Below, one piece after another: positions 39,861 through 48,730 of a DNA stretch of 64,000 nucleotides; positions within the stretch are counted from its first letter, which is position 1; each line of letters begins with the position of its first letter. Origin of the DNA: Longimicrobiales bacterium (lineage in GTDB: Bacteria > Gemmatimonadota > Gemmatimonadetes > Longimicrobiales > Gaopeijiaceae); assembly GCA_965249725.1 (NCBI GenBank), contig CBDFMQ010000002.1, positions 2,208,001 to 2,272,000 on the forward strand. The letters run 5' to 3'. A program made the translations under genes and the position numbers. Below the pieces are notes generated by a model that worked only from the letters and a program-made list of their open reading frames with translations, searched no databases and was not told the origin of the DNA.

Positions 39861-40454
39861 ATGAAATGGAACAAGAAGATGATCCGATCCACGGTTCTCA
39901 GCCCGTTGGCGGTCGCGGCACTGGTCGCCCTGCTTCCTGCGGGTGCGAGCGCGGTGCAGGGGTATTGCTTTGTGGATATGGGTGATTGTGACGAGGCTTA
40001 CGCGGTAATCACGCTGGCGGGTGGCCTCCAGTTGAACCTCTCCCCAATCGAGCACCCCCAAGACGGGCAGCAGACGCTGGAGGTGAGCGCGATAACGGTC
40101 CAGTGCTGGATCTGCCTTGCAGGCACGTGTGATTCGAACGGCGATGTCGGGCCGGCGGTTCAGACCATCGACCTCAACGAGGATGATCCCAGCCAATTTA
40201 CGGTATGGTTCGGCAATAGTAACTATGACAACGCTGCTCTTCCCGTGTCGCCCGGGAACTACAACAGCTACTACTGCGGGATGGCCGTATCCGGTACGGG
40301 GTCCTTGGGTGGGATCTTCCCGCTGGTCGAGCCGAGCTATGCCATTCCAATGGAGTGGGGCACCGAACGGCATGGGAGAGCCCTAGACGGAACACAACTC
40401 GTGACGGTCCTCGAGGGGTCCCTCGCGGTACCGGGGCGGCTCGAAGACGAGTGA
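39861..40454 (+). CDS. Secreted Cys-containing hypothetical protein
   Basis: MKWNKK start, signal peptide ending ASA, six Cys including CWIC. Confidence 0.65.
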   Translation: MKWNKKMIRSTVLSPLAVAALVALLPAGASAVQGYCFVDMGDCDEAYAVITLAGGLQLNLSPIEHPQDGQQTLEVSAITVQCWICLAGTCDSNGDVGPAVQTIDLNEDDPSQFTVWFGNSNYDNAALPVSPGNYNSYYCGMAVSGTGSLGGIFPLVEPSYAIPMEWGTERHGRALDGTQLVTVLEGSLAVPGRLEDE

Positions 40455-40470
40455 GGCCGCGGCGCAAGAT

Positions 40471-42597
40471 GTGGGCGCCGGCCCGAAGCACTCCGTGAAT
40501 CCGGTTTCGCACGGCCCCCTCCTCGTTGGCTCCGTCTCGAGGCTCACGGGTCGATTGGTCCCCGTCTGTTCCGTCCTTCTGATCTCGGCCTCGGCATTGT
40601 CCGCCCAAGACCTTACCGTCCGGACCAACCTCCCGTCCCAGGGTTTCCACGCGAGTGACGCTCCCATCGAGCTCACCTTCAGCCGCGTGCTCGATCCCGA
40701 AACCGAGAGCGTGGCAGTGTTCATAGGCGCGACCGACTTCACAGGGCTCTTCCGGCCGTCCGGCTCCGGCTTGCTCTTTACACCCAGGCTCGTCGAGCTA
40801 CCGTCTGGGAACAGCCCGTTCACCGTCTACCTCATCGACGCCACCGGCGTCTGGAACGAGATCGCGTCCGAGACGCTGAGGGTCGAAGGCGCTTTGGGCT
40901 TCCAGTCCCGGGACGTCACGCCCAAGGTGGACGTCTCGTTCAAGAGCCAGCCCTGGGAAGGGAAGGAACCCGATCCCGGTACCGATATTCCCGTGACAGG
41001 GGACGTGGAGACCAAGATCAGCTTCCAGGCCGAGCAGGTCCACTCAGGATTCACAGTTGGCTTCAACTCGCTCTTCCTGGGCTTCAACCACCAGGAGAAT
41101 GCGCTACGCTTCCGTGAAAAGAGCGGGGACGCCTCCAAGATCGACCTCTCGAGCTATGACCTGAAGTACGGATCCGAGAAACTCGACGTGTCGGTGGGTC
41201 ATGTCAGGACTGGCAATCAGCGCTACCTCATCAGCGGATTCGGCGCGCGTGGAGCCACCGCCACCCTGAAGCCCGTGTCCCGGGTCGAGGCGCAGGTGGC
41301 GGTGACGAACGGAAGCAGCATCGTGGGCTTCGACAACCTGGTCGGCCTGAACGACTCCGATCACCGCATGCTCAACGCGAGCTTGGGGGTGGAGGCACTC
41401 AAGACGCCGGGCCAGCTGCGGATGGAGTTCTCCTATCTCGACGCGTCGAAGCTGCCCCAGAACAACTTCAATCAGGGAGCGGTGAACGACGCCGAGAGGA
41501 GCGAAGGCTTCGGCTTCAATTTCAAGGCCAATGCGTTGGGGCGGCGCCTGCGCCTCGACGGGGGATTCTCGCGAAGCCGATTCGACAATCCCGACGATCC
41601 CACGCTGACTCAGGGCCAGGCCGTCGTAGCCGTGAGGGAGGAGACCAAGAACGCGCGCTACCTGAATGCCAACCTCGACGTCCTCAAGGGCGTGAAGCTG
41701 GGCGGGAGCAAGACGGCGCGGCTCTCGGTGGGGTACAAGCATCAGCGGGTCGATCCGCTCTACAAGAGCGTTGGGGCTTCGGCGCGGGCCGACCAGATCC
41801 AGAACCAGTACGACGTGAAGGCCGACGTGGCGGGGGTGGCGATCCAGGCCACGTTCTCCGACGCCAACGACAACCTGGACGAGCTCGCTTCCGTGTTGAA
41901 ATCGAATACCGAGCGGACGGGGCTCAACATCGGCGTGCCGCTCCCCAACATCTTCCGTGGCAAAGCCGGTGTGACGTGGCTACCCGCCCTGCAGTACCGC
42001 ATGCAGCGCACCCACCAGTTCGGCGAGGAGATTCCCGTCGACGGCGGGTTCAGCGCCGGGCACGTGCCCGATCAGCTGAGCACCAATCACACCGCCTCGG
42101 CCGGGTGGCGCTGGAGCAAGGTCAACTTCAGCTACCAGTTGAACTTCTCGAAGCAGGACAACCGTCAGGAGGGACGCGAAGACGCCGACCTCAACAACGC
42201 CAAGAGCGGGTTCTCCCTCGGCGTGAATCCCACGCGCAAGCTCTCGGTTACGCTCGACCTCGGCTTCGAGGAGGCGGAGAACCTCCAGCGCGACGAGATC
42301 GACAACACGCGCAGGTTCGGTGCCCGCGTCAACTGGAAGCCGATCCCGCGCTCGACCCTGGGAATCCAGTTCTCCGACACGTTCAAGGACGACCAGGCCG
42401 CCACGAAGGAACAGAGCGACAAACGTATCAACGTCAACTGGAGCGGCGCCGTACCCCGTACGGAGCGCTACAACGGTCAATACTTCATCCGTTACGCCCG
42501 CAACGTCTCGGAGCGTATGGACGTGACACGGAACACCGACGATCGCCGGGAGAACTGGACGATCAATACGGGCTTCAGCTTCAGCTTCGGGGGGTGA
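40471..42597 (+). CDS. Putative outer-membrane beta-barrel protein
   Basis: Signal peptide; alternating amphipathic strands; ends WTINTGFSFSFGG. Confidence 0.72.
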   Translation: MGAGPKHSVNPVSHGPLLVGSVSRLTGRLVPVCSVLLISASALSAQDLTVRTNLPSQGFHASDAPIELTFSRVLDPETESVAVFIGATDFTGLFRPSGSGLLFTPRLVELPSGNSPFTVYLIDATGVWNEIASETLRVEGALGFQSRDVTPKVDVSFKSQPWEGKEPDPGTDIPVTGDVETKISFQAEQVHSGFTVGFNSLFLGFNHQENALRFREKSGDASKIDLSSYDLKYGSEKLDVSVGHVRTGNQRYLISGFGARGATATLKPVSRVEAQVAVTNGSSIVGFDNLVGLNDSDHRMLNASLGVEALKTPGQLRMEFSYLDASKLPQNNFNQGAVNDAERSEGFGFNFKANALGRRLRLDGGFSRSRFDNPDDPTLTQGQAVVAVREETKNARYLNANLDVLKGVKLGGSKTARLSVGYKHQRVDPLYKSVGASARADQIQNQYDVKADVAGVAIQATFSDANDNLDELASVLKSNTERTGLNIGVPLPNIFRGKAGVTWLPALQYRMQRTHQFGEEIPVDGGFSAGHVPDQLSTNHTASAGWRWSKVNFSYQLNFSKQDNRQEGREDADLNNAKSGFSLGVNPTRKLSVTLDLGFEEAENLQRDEIDNTRRFGARVNWKPIPRSTLGIQFSDTFKDDQAATKEQSDKRINVNWSGAVPRTERYNGQYFIRYARNVSERMDVTRNTDDRRENWTINTGFSFSFGG

Positions 42598-42602
42598 TAG
42601 AC

Positions 42603-43910
42603 ATGCTCTCGAGGCTGTTTTGGAATCAGACAATGCGAAACCGAGTCACGACAACCGCGCTCGCTCTGGCCGTTGCCTTCGGCACCGCGGTACAGCCGGT
42701 TCACGGCCAGGTCTCCCGCAACCCGACCGGAGTGAACGTGAACGCCCAGGGAGCCACCACCGTCTTCCTGACCTTCGGCAATCTCGACGGATATGTTCCC
42801 GACGAGGCCATCTGGTGCGGGGAGCTGATCTCGGCGGCGCCGGATATCGGGAATCGGTGCGACCCGACGACGATCTTCGGCAGCCTACCGCTTCGCTTCG
42901 ACCTCTCGACCACCAGTGGCGACGACGGGTTTACGGACATCATGTCGATCCCACCCTCGGTGGCCAGGCGCGCGTACCAGGCGGCTGTGGACGGCGCGTC
43001 GTCGGCGTTCTTCTACGTCCGCCGCTTCATCGATCCGACAGGGGCCGGGCCCGACCAGTACGTCACCGTGACGTGCCGCCTTTCAGGTGGCGGCGCACGC
43101 GTCCCGTTCTCGCTCCTCGACGTTCAGGTGGACTTCGCGAGCCAAGAGGAAGTGCTGGTGGTCGACGCGGAGGAGGAGCTCCCACCCCTTTCAGCCAAGA
43201 TCGTCTACAACGGGACCGGCCGTCTGGTCGGGCGCTGGGAAGTGGTGTTCCCCGGTGAAGATCCCCCCACGGCCAACGACCTCCTCACCGAGGCGACGCT
43301 GCCAGAGGAGCTTCGGGGGACCCAGAAGCTCCACACGGAGCTCTCAAGGTTCAACATCTTCCTGCCACCGGTAGGTGAGTACACTCTCGAGGGTCCGCCC
43401 ATCGAGTCGATTCCGAACGAGCTGGGGGGGTTCTACCAGATCCTCCTCCGTATAGAGGCGTCGGACGACAAGGAAGGCGACTCCGATCTGGCCTCCGCGG
43501 GAGCGGGTGACGGGCTGGTGCACAGCGGAGCGGTGGCCGGATTCCCCATGCCGATCCTCCGTTACTTCGTCGGGAACGCGCTGGCGATCACGCGCCCCGA
43601 CCCCGAGACAGGATTCGGGCTTCTCGAGCCCATGCTCAACACCCTCCTCGACCGGGATCTGGATCTGGAGTTCAGTTGGTTGGAGCACGTCACGGCGGTT
43701 CTCTATCGCCTCGAGGTGACCACGATGAGGGGCGCGGGGGTTTTGTCGGCCCTTACGGAGCGGGGGGCCACGAGCTACTCGGCACCGGGGTGGCTCGCCG
43801 ACCGGGCAGGAGACGGGGGCTTGCTCTGGAGGGTCGTGGCCCTGGATGGGACCGGGCAAGTGATCGGGCTCACGAGTTGGCGCGGCCATCGTTGGCAGGT
43901 GCCGAACTGA
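42603..43910 (+). CDS. Secreted hypothetical protein with a C-terminal FN3/Ig-like module
   Basis: Signal peptide; FSW...YRLEV...WRVVA pattern at the C-terminus. Confidence 0.7.
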   Translation: MLSRLFWNQTMRNRVTTTALALAVAFGTAVQPVHGQVSRNPTGVNVNAQGATTVFLTFGNLDGYVPDEAIWCGELISAAPDIGNRCDPTTIFGSLPLRFDLSTTSGDDGFTDIMSIPPSVARRAYQAAVDGASSAFFYVRRFIDPTGAGPDQYVTVTCRLSGGGARVPFSLLDVQVDFASQEEVLVVDAEEELPPLSAKIVYNGTGRLVGRWEVVFPGEDPPTANDLLTEATLPEELRGTQKLHTELSRFNIFLPPVGEYTLEGPPIESIPNELGGFYQILLRIEASDDKEGDSDLASAGAGDGLVHSGAVAGFPMPILRYFVGNALAITRPDPETGFGLLEPMLNTLLDRDLDLEFSWLEHVTAVLYRLEVTTMRGAGVLSALTERGATSYSAPGWLADRAGDGGLLWRVVALDGTGQVIGLTSWRGHRWQVPN

Positions 43911-44293
43911 CGTGGTGAGCAACCGCAGCACGCATAATCGAGGAGCAGTGCGCAGCACAGAATCCCACTCGTCGGTCGGGAGCGGCCACACACGCGAGGC
44001 GGGTTCTTCGTCGGCTTTGGGGGTGGCTGGCGCTCCGTCGGTTGCTCCCAACGTGATGAGCGAGCGGCATGCCAGAGTGGCTATCTCGCGCGATAAGGAA
44101 GGTCCAGTGGCTCATGTAATCTTCCATTGTCGGCAAGGTGATCCCCATGGGGGAGGCAGCGATCACTCCACCGCCACCCGCTCGACGTTCCCACGATGAA
44201 AACGGCTAGGATGGACGCCCCCTACGAGGGAGTTGAAGCATTTCCCGCTCATCGTCTTCTCGGGGCCACGGGAGGGAACGTGCTCTGCTTGGT

Positions 44294-44315
44294 ACGGATA
44301 GGCGATCCAAACGCG
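44294..44315 (-). mobile_element. oriIS-like motif (copy 2), no adjacent transposase
   Basis: Exact 22-nt match ACGGATAGGCGATCCAAACGCG to 25072-25093. Confidence 0.55.
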
Positions 44316-44345
44316 GCAGCACGTCGGGAGGCAAGAGCAATCCCC

Positions 44346-45317
44346 TCAGCAGGCCACACGCCGCCTCCGCTGATCCGGCACCGCGAGGCGGCGTAGATAC
44401 CGGGCGACTTCTCGCATCCCGTCGACCCCCAGTCGAGCGCCCAGCGTCCGGTTGTAGTTCGTGGTACCGTTTACGTCATACGTGTAGCGATGTCCGTCGA
44501 CGTCCTCCACGAATTCGATCCCGGCGATCTCGATTCCCTCCTCGCTACACAGTTCGATGTACTTCCGAACCAGAGGATCATCTGCGGTAACCGGAGATGG
44601 GCTGAACAGGCCGCTCTCTCCCACCTCGATCCCATCTTGCTCTGAGGGCATAGGGTTGCAGGCATCCGAGGGGCACAGCTCGAAGCCTCCAGCCGTGGAA
44701 CTCCGCATGGCAAACAAGAACCGACCGGCGACAATCTCCACCCTCGTTATGAACGGCTCGGGGGCGCTGATGTACTGCTGGAGGATCATTCGAGCGCCGG
44801 GCCCGGCATCGAAGCCTTCGCCATCGAGGTGATCTTCGAGTTCACTCGCGTTCTGGAAGAGCTGAATGCCCAAGCCCTTCCCCCCTTGGTCGTGCTTGGT
44901 AATGAAGGGTCCGCCGAAAGTGCCTGCCGCCGCGAGGAGGTGATCCCTGCCCACAGCGAGCACCGTACGAGGCGTTCTGATCCCCTGCCGCCGCAGAGCG
45001 AGGTCCTGCCGTAGCTTGCTCATCTCGAGCTCGAAGGCACAGAGCCCGTTGACTACTCGACGTCCGTGCGACTCCAGCCAGTACAAGAGCTGACGGGCCA
45101 GGTCCACGGCGTGGATGTGGCCGCGCGTGTGTGAGGACGGGCTGATGCGATTGATCCAGATGCCGTCGGGCGGGGTCGAAGACGGGTCGATACTGCCCTC
45201 GTTGACATGAACGAGGCGGGTCCGAAAGCCCTCGCTCTCGAGTGCCTCTCGCAGAGGGGGAATCCAGGCGGGATTCTCGTACAGAACGTGGACCGTCGGT
45301 AGAAGGGAACTGACCAT
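44346..45317 (-). CDS. ATP-grasp ligase (RimK/glutathione synthetase-like)
   Basis: INRISPSSHTRGH, EMSK, ITKHDQGGKGLGI, QQYI, FELCPSDAC, GIEF, YDVNGTTNYN. Confidence 0.87.
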   Translation of the reverse strand: MVSSLLPTVHVLYENPAWIPPLREALESEGFRTRLVHVNEGSIDPSSTPPDGIWINRISPSSHTRGHIHAVDLARQLLYWLESHGRRVVNGLCAFELEMSKLRQDLALRRQGIRTPRTVLAVGRDHLLAAAGTFGGPFITKHDQGGKGLGIQLFQNASELEDHLDGEGFDAGPGARMILQQYISAPEPFITRVEIVAGRFLFAMRSSTAGGFELCPSDACNPMPSEQDGIEVGESGLFSPSPVTADDPLVRKYIELCSEEGIEIAGIEFVEDVDGHRYTYDVNGTTNYNRTLGARLGVDGMREVARYLRRLAVPDQRRRRVAC

Positions 45318-45360
45318 GCTGTTCTCTCGGCTTGAAGGAAGGTCAGACCCGGCGGCGCCT

Positions 45361-45401
45361 AAACGACAACAAGCCACCCGGGTCGGCTGACCGGGGCGGC
45401 T
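45361..45401 (-). terminator. Intrinsic terminator / attenuator hairpin upstream of the ATP-grasp gene
   Basis: AGCCGCCC-C-GGTC-(AGCC)-GACC-C-GGGTGGCT followed by TGTTGTCGTTT on the minus strand. Confidence 0.7.
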
Positions 45402-45433
45402 CGGAAGCGGCTTCGAGTTTCGAACTCAGCGCA

Positions 45434-45532
45434 TCAACGCACCCAGGTCCACGCAGTACACGAACAACAACACATACAGGTGCATTGGGCTCGGCCAGCG
45501 TGGAGGGATTGGATGTCGATTGCGCGATTCAT
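45434..45532 (-). CDS. Cys-rich leader peptide (32 aa, MNRAIDIQSLHAGRAQCTCMCCCSCTAWTWVR)
   Basis: Manual translation; 6 Cys in 9 codons, 5 of them TGT; precedes the terminator and the ATP-grasp gene. Confidence 0.8.
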   Translation of the reverse strand: MNRAIDIQSLHAGRAQCTCMCCCSCTAWTWVR

Positions 45533-45577
45533 GACGAAAACATGTACGAATCAGGGCTGGGGAGCAACGCTCAGCAT

Positions 45578-48076
45578 CTAGTCGTCGCGCAGCGCGGTCA
45601 CAGGATCCACGGCCATCGCCCGCCGGGCCGGCACATAGATAGCGACCAAGCTGACGGCCATCAGAATGGCCGGGATCCCCACAAACGTGACCGGGTCGGT
45701 CGCCGTGACACCGACCAGAAGGCTCGCCACCAACCGGGTCAGAACGAACGAGGCCGCGAGGCCTGCCGTGACGCCGAGCAGGGCAACGGCCATGCCCTGT
45801 TTCAGCACGAGCCTCACGACATCTCCCTCGCTCGCACCGAACGCGATGCGAACACCGATCTCCCGTGTGCGCTGACGTACCGAGTAGGAAATCACGCCGT
45901 AGAGGCCTAGGGACGCCAGGACGAGGGCCAGCACGGCGAACACGCCGATGAGCGTAAGAGTGAATCGCGTCTGCGCCATCGCATCATCCACGTAGTCGTC
46001 CATGAAGCGTACGTTCGCCACGGGCACGTCGGGGTCCATGGCGTTGATTTCCCTCCGGACGAGCGGAAGGATCTCCGTGGGATTTACGGATCCACGAAGC
46101 GTCACGGTCATTGGCAGGAATGGCTGAAACCGATAGGGGAAATAGACCGTCTCGCGTCCCTCGGCGGCTAGACTCTCCGCTCGCACGTTGCCGACCACAC
46201 CGACCACGCGCACCCTCGTCTGTTCCATGCCGAACACCTCGACGGAGAAACGGTCCAGGACGATCTGCTGGCCGATTGGATCCTCATCGGGCCAGAGACG
46301 GTTCGCGAGCTTCTGATCCACGACCGCCACTTCCAGAGCGTCCTGCTCGTTGTCGGCGACCAGCAGGGTTCGGCCAGCCAATAGCGGGATCTTCATGGCA
46401 TCGATATATCCCGGCATGACCGCTCGGTAGTCCGCCACGTTGCTGCTGTACTGCTCCGGGGTGACGTCGTCGCGACCATAGGGGCCTACCGAGTACTGGT
46501 CTCCGCCTGCCAATGGGAGCGGCGCGACACCACCCACCTCCTCCACCGCCGGTAGGCTCTCCAGCCTTAGCCTTAGCCGATTGACGAAATCCCCGCGCAC
46601 ATCGGGCATTGGATACTTGAACATCGGAATAGGGACCGAGAAGGTGACGACGTTCTCCGACTCGAATCCCGGTTCCACCCGCTGGAGCTCGGCGAAGCTG
46701 CGGAACATCAGCCCAGCCCCGATCAGCAACACCACCGAGATGCCCACCTCGGAAATCACCAGAGCCGTGCGAAGCTTGTTCCCGCGGATGCCGCCCGCCT
46801 CGCTGCCCCTCTCCTTGAGGGCATCAGCAAGGTTCGTACTGGCCGCGCGAAGAGCCGGTGCAGCGCCAAAGACGAGCGCCGAGAAGACCGTGGCCCCGGC
46901 GGTGAAAAGCAACACGGTTCCGTCGATCGTCACGCTCTCGATACGAGGCAGGTTTCCCGGCCGCATGGCCACCAGAACACGGATGCCCCACCACGCGAGG
47001 AGCAGGCCCAGCAGGGCCCCGGCCGTGGCGAGCACGCCACTCTCCGTCATCATCTGGCGAATGATCCTCCCGCGCCCGCCGCCCATCGCAGCACGCACGG
47101 CAATCTCGCGGCCCCGGGAGGCCGCACGCACCAGCAGGAGGTTCGCCACATTGCTGCACGCGATGAGCAACACGAAGCCCACGGCGCTCAGCAAGGCGAG
47201 CAGCACAGGCCGCGCGTGGTCCACCACGTCTCGATGCATCGAGTTCAACACGATCTGCATGTTCGCGTTGGCGTGCTCTTGATACTGTTCTCGCAACCTC
47301 AACGCCAGCGCGTCCATCTCCTCCTGCGCGCGCTCCAGGGTGACGCCCTTCTTCAGGCGCGTCACCACCGTGAGCCACTGGGTGTCGCGGGAAAAGTCCT
47401 CCGCCATGTTGCTGGGGATGACGCGCCACGTATCGATGTTCGTGGGCATGCCGGCATCCGCCGGCAGATAGATGCGGAAGTCGGGAGGAAGGACCCCAAC
47501 GACCACGGATCCAAGACCGTCCATCTGGATGGTTCTGCCAAGGACGCCCGGGTCGCTGCCGAAGCGTCTTTGCCAGAGCCCGTGGCTCAGGATGACGACC
47601 CCGGGCGGCGGGGTCGCGGTGGGATCCATGTAGTCCTCGAAGTTGACCGGGGCCTCATCCTTCACCTCGAAATCGCGGCCGAGCATCGGCGCCACCCCGA
47701 GGATCTGGAAGAGGTCGGGCGTCACCCATGCACTCATGACCTCTTCGGCAGGTCCCTCGCCCGTGAGGGAGCCGGCAAGCGCGATCGCACCCGCAAAGCC
47801 CACGAACGATGTCGTCTCCCTTCGGTAGTCATAGAAGTCGGGACCCGATACCAGAGCCCGTGGGACGTCGGTGGCGAGCAGGCGGTTCCAGACCAGCACC
47901 AGCTCCTCTGGCTGCGAATAAGGGAGCGGCCTGAAGAGCACGGCGTTGGCCACGCTGAAGATGGCCACGTTGGAGCCGATACCGAGCCCGAGAGTGAGCA
48001 AGATCGCCGCCGTGAATCCCGGTCGCTTATAGAAGGAGCGTAGTGCGTACCGAATGTCTTCGAGTAGCAGCGTCAT
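45578..48076 (-). CDS. Duplicated MacB/FtsX-type ABC permease (ADOP-like)
   Basis: PGFTAAILLTLGLGIGSN...LLIACSNVANLLL...PARRAMAVDP. Confidence 0.92.
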   Translation of the reverse strand: MTLLLEDIRYALRSFYKRPGFTAAILLTLGLGIGSNVAIFSVANAVLFRPLPYSQPEELVLVWNRLLATDVPRALVSGPDFYDYRRETTSFVGFAGAIALAGSLTGEGPAEEVMSAWVTPDLFQILGVAPMLGRDFEVKDEAPVNFEDYMDPTATPPPGVVILSHGLWQRRFGSDPGVLGRTIQMDGLGSVVVGVLPPDFRIYLPADAGMPTNIDTWRVIPSNMAEDFSRDTQWLTVVTRLKKGVTLERAQEEMDALALRLREQYQEHANANMQIVLNSMHRDVVDHARPVLLALLSAVGFVLLIACSNVANLLLVRAASRGREIAVRAAMGGGRGRIIRQMMTESGVLATAGALLGLLLAWWGIRVLVAMRPGNLPRIESVTIDGTVLLFTAGATVFSALVFGAAPALRAASTNLADALKERGSEAGGIRGNKLRTALVISEVGISVVLLIGAGLMFRSFAELQRVEPGFESENVVTFSVPIPMFKYPMPDVRGDFVNRLRLRLESLPAVEEVGGVAPLPLAGGDQYSVGPYGRDDVTPEQYSSNVADYRAVMPGYIDAMKIPLLAGRTLLVADNEQDALEVAVVDQKLANRLWPDEDPIGQQIVLDRFSVEVFGMEQTRVRVVGVVGNVRAESLAAEGRETVYFPYRFQPFLPMTVTLRGSVNPTEILPLVRREINAMDPDVPVANVRFMDDYVDDAMAQTRFTLTLIGVFAVLALVLASLGLYGVISYSVRQRTREIGVRIAFGASEGDVVRLVLKQGMAVALLGVTAGLAASFVLTRLVASLLVGVTATDPVTFVGIPAILMAVSLVAIYVPARRAMAVDPVTALRDD

Positions 48077-48204
48077 GACTTCCCATCCCCGGCCCTGGCG
48101 GGACCTTCAACGACAAAGGTGACAGCATCGGGAAGATGTACCGAACAAATCCCGAATCGACAATTGTACTGCGTGTGAACCCAAACCACAATATCATCCC
48201 CTGC

Positions 48205-48657
48205 ATGCTCCGACCCTCACACCCCTTCCCCAAGTACGCAGCCCTCGTCGTCGCCTCCGCCCTACTCCTGACGTCGTGCACCGAGGGGGACGGATCTGAC
48301 GATGAGGAGCTACCAGGATCTCGGGCGAGCGCTGCCAGCGGGCCCGTTGTCGGCCATGTGGATACGGTACGCGTGACCCTCGACGAGTATTCAATCGGAA
48401 TACCACAGGTGCTTCCCCCCGGGGAGACGGTGCTGCGACTGGAGAGTCAGGGCTTCGAGGAGCACAATCTCCTATTCGTACTGACCGACTCAGACTCCGT
48501 TGTGTGGCAGACCGAACGCCGACTGAGCCCGTACGAGAAGCGCACGGTGACCGTGGACTTGGTGCCTGGCGACTACACCGTGGTGTGTGACTTCTCCGGG
48601 CATGAGGGCCGCGGGATGTTCACGAAGCTGGTGGTGAAGCCCGACTCGCTTCCATAG
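48205..48657 (+). CDS. Cupredoxin-fold lipoprotein (type 1 Cu-like site)
   Basis: Lipobox LTSC; HN and C-x4-H-x4-M (CDFSGHEGRGM). Confidence 0.78.
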   Translation: MLRPSHPFPKYAALVVASALLLTSCTEGDGSDDEELPGSRASAASGPVVGHVDTVRVTLDEYSIGIPQVLPPGETVLRLESQGFEEHNLLFVLTDSDSVVWQTERRLSPYEKRTVTVDLVPGDYTVVCDFSGHEGRGMFTKLVVKPDSLP

Positions 48658-48730
48658 CATCCACCGTGGGTGGGTTTGGGGGGGGTGGGTGGCCTGTTTC
48701 GGCCGCGGGGCCAGCCCGGCGTGCGGACCT

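Noticed and set aside
43912..44290. Short ORFs between the secreted cluster and the ATP-grasp gene
   Set aside because: No coherent motif in any frame; probably decayed junction DNA
45434..45532. Graspetide (RiPP) precursor for the neighbouring ATP-grasp enzyme
   Set aside because: The C-terminal part has no Asp/Glu acceptors for ester or amide crosslinks, and the terminator/antiterminator layout fits attenuation better; not fully excluded
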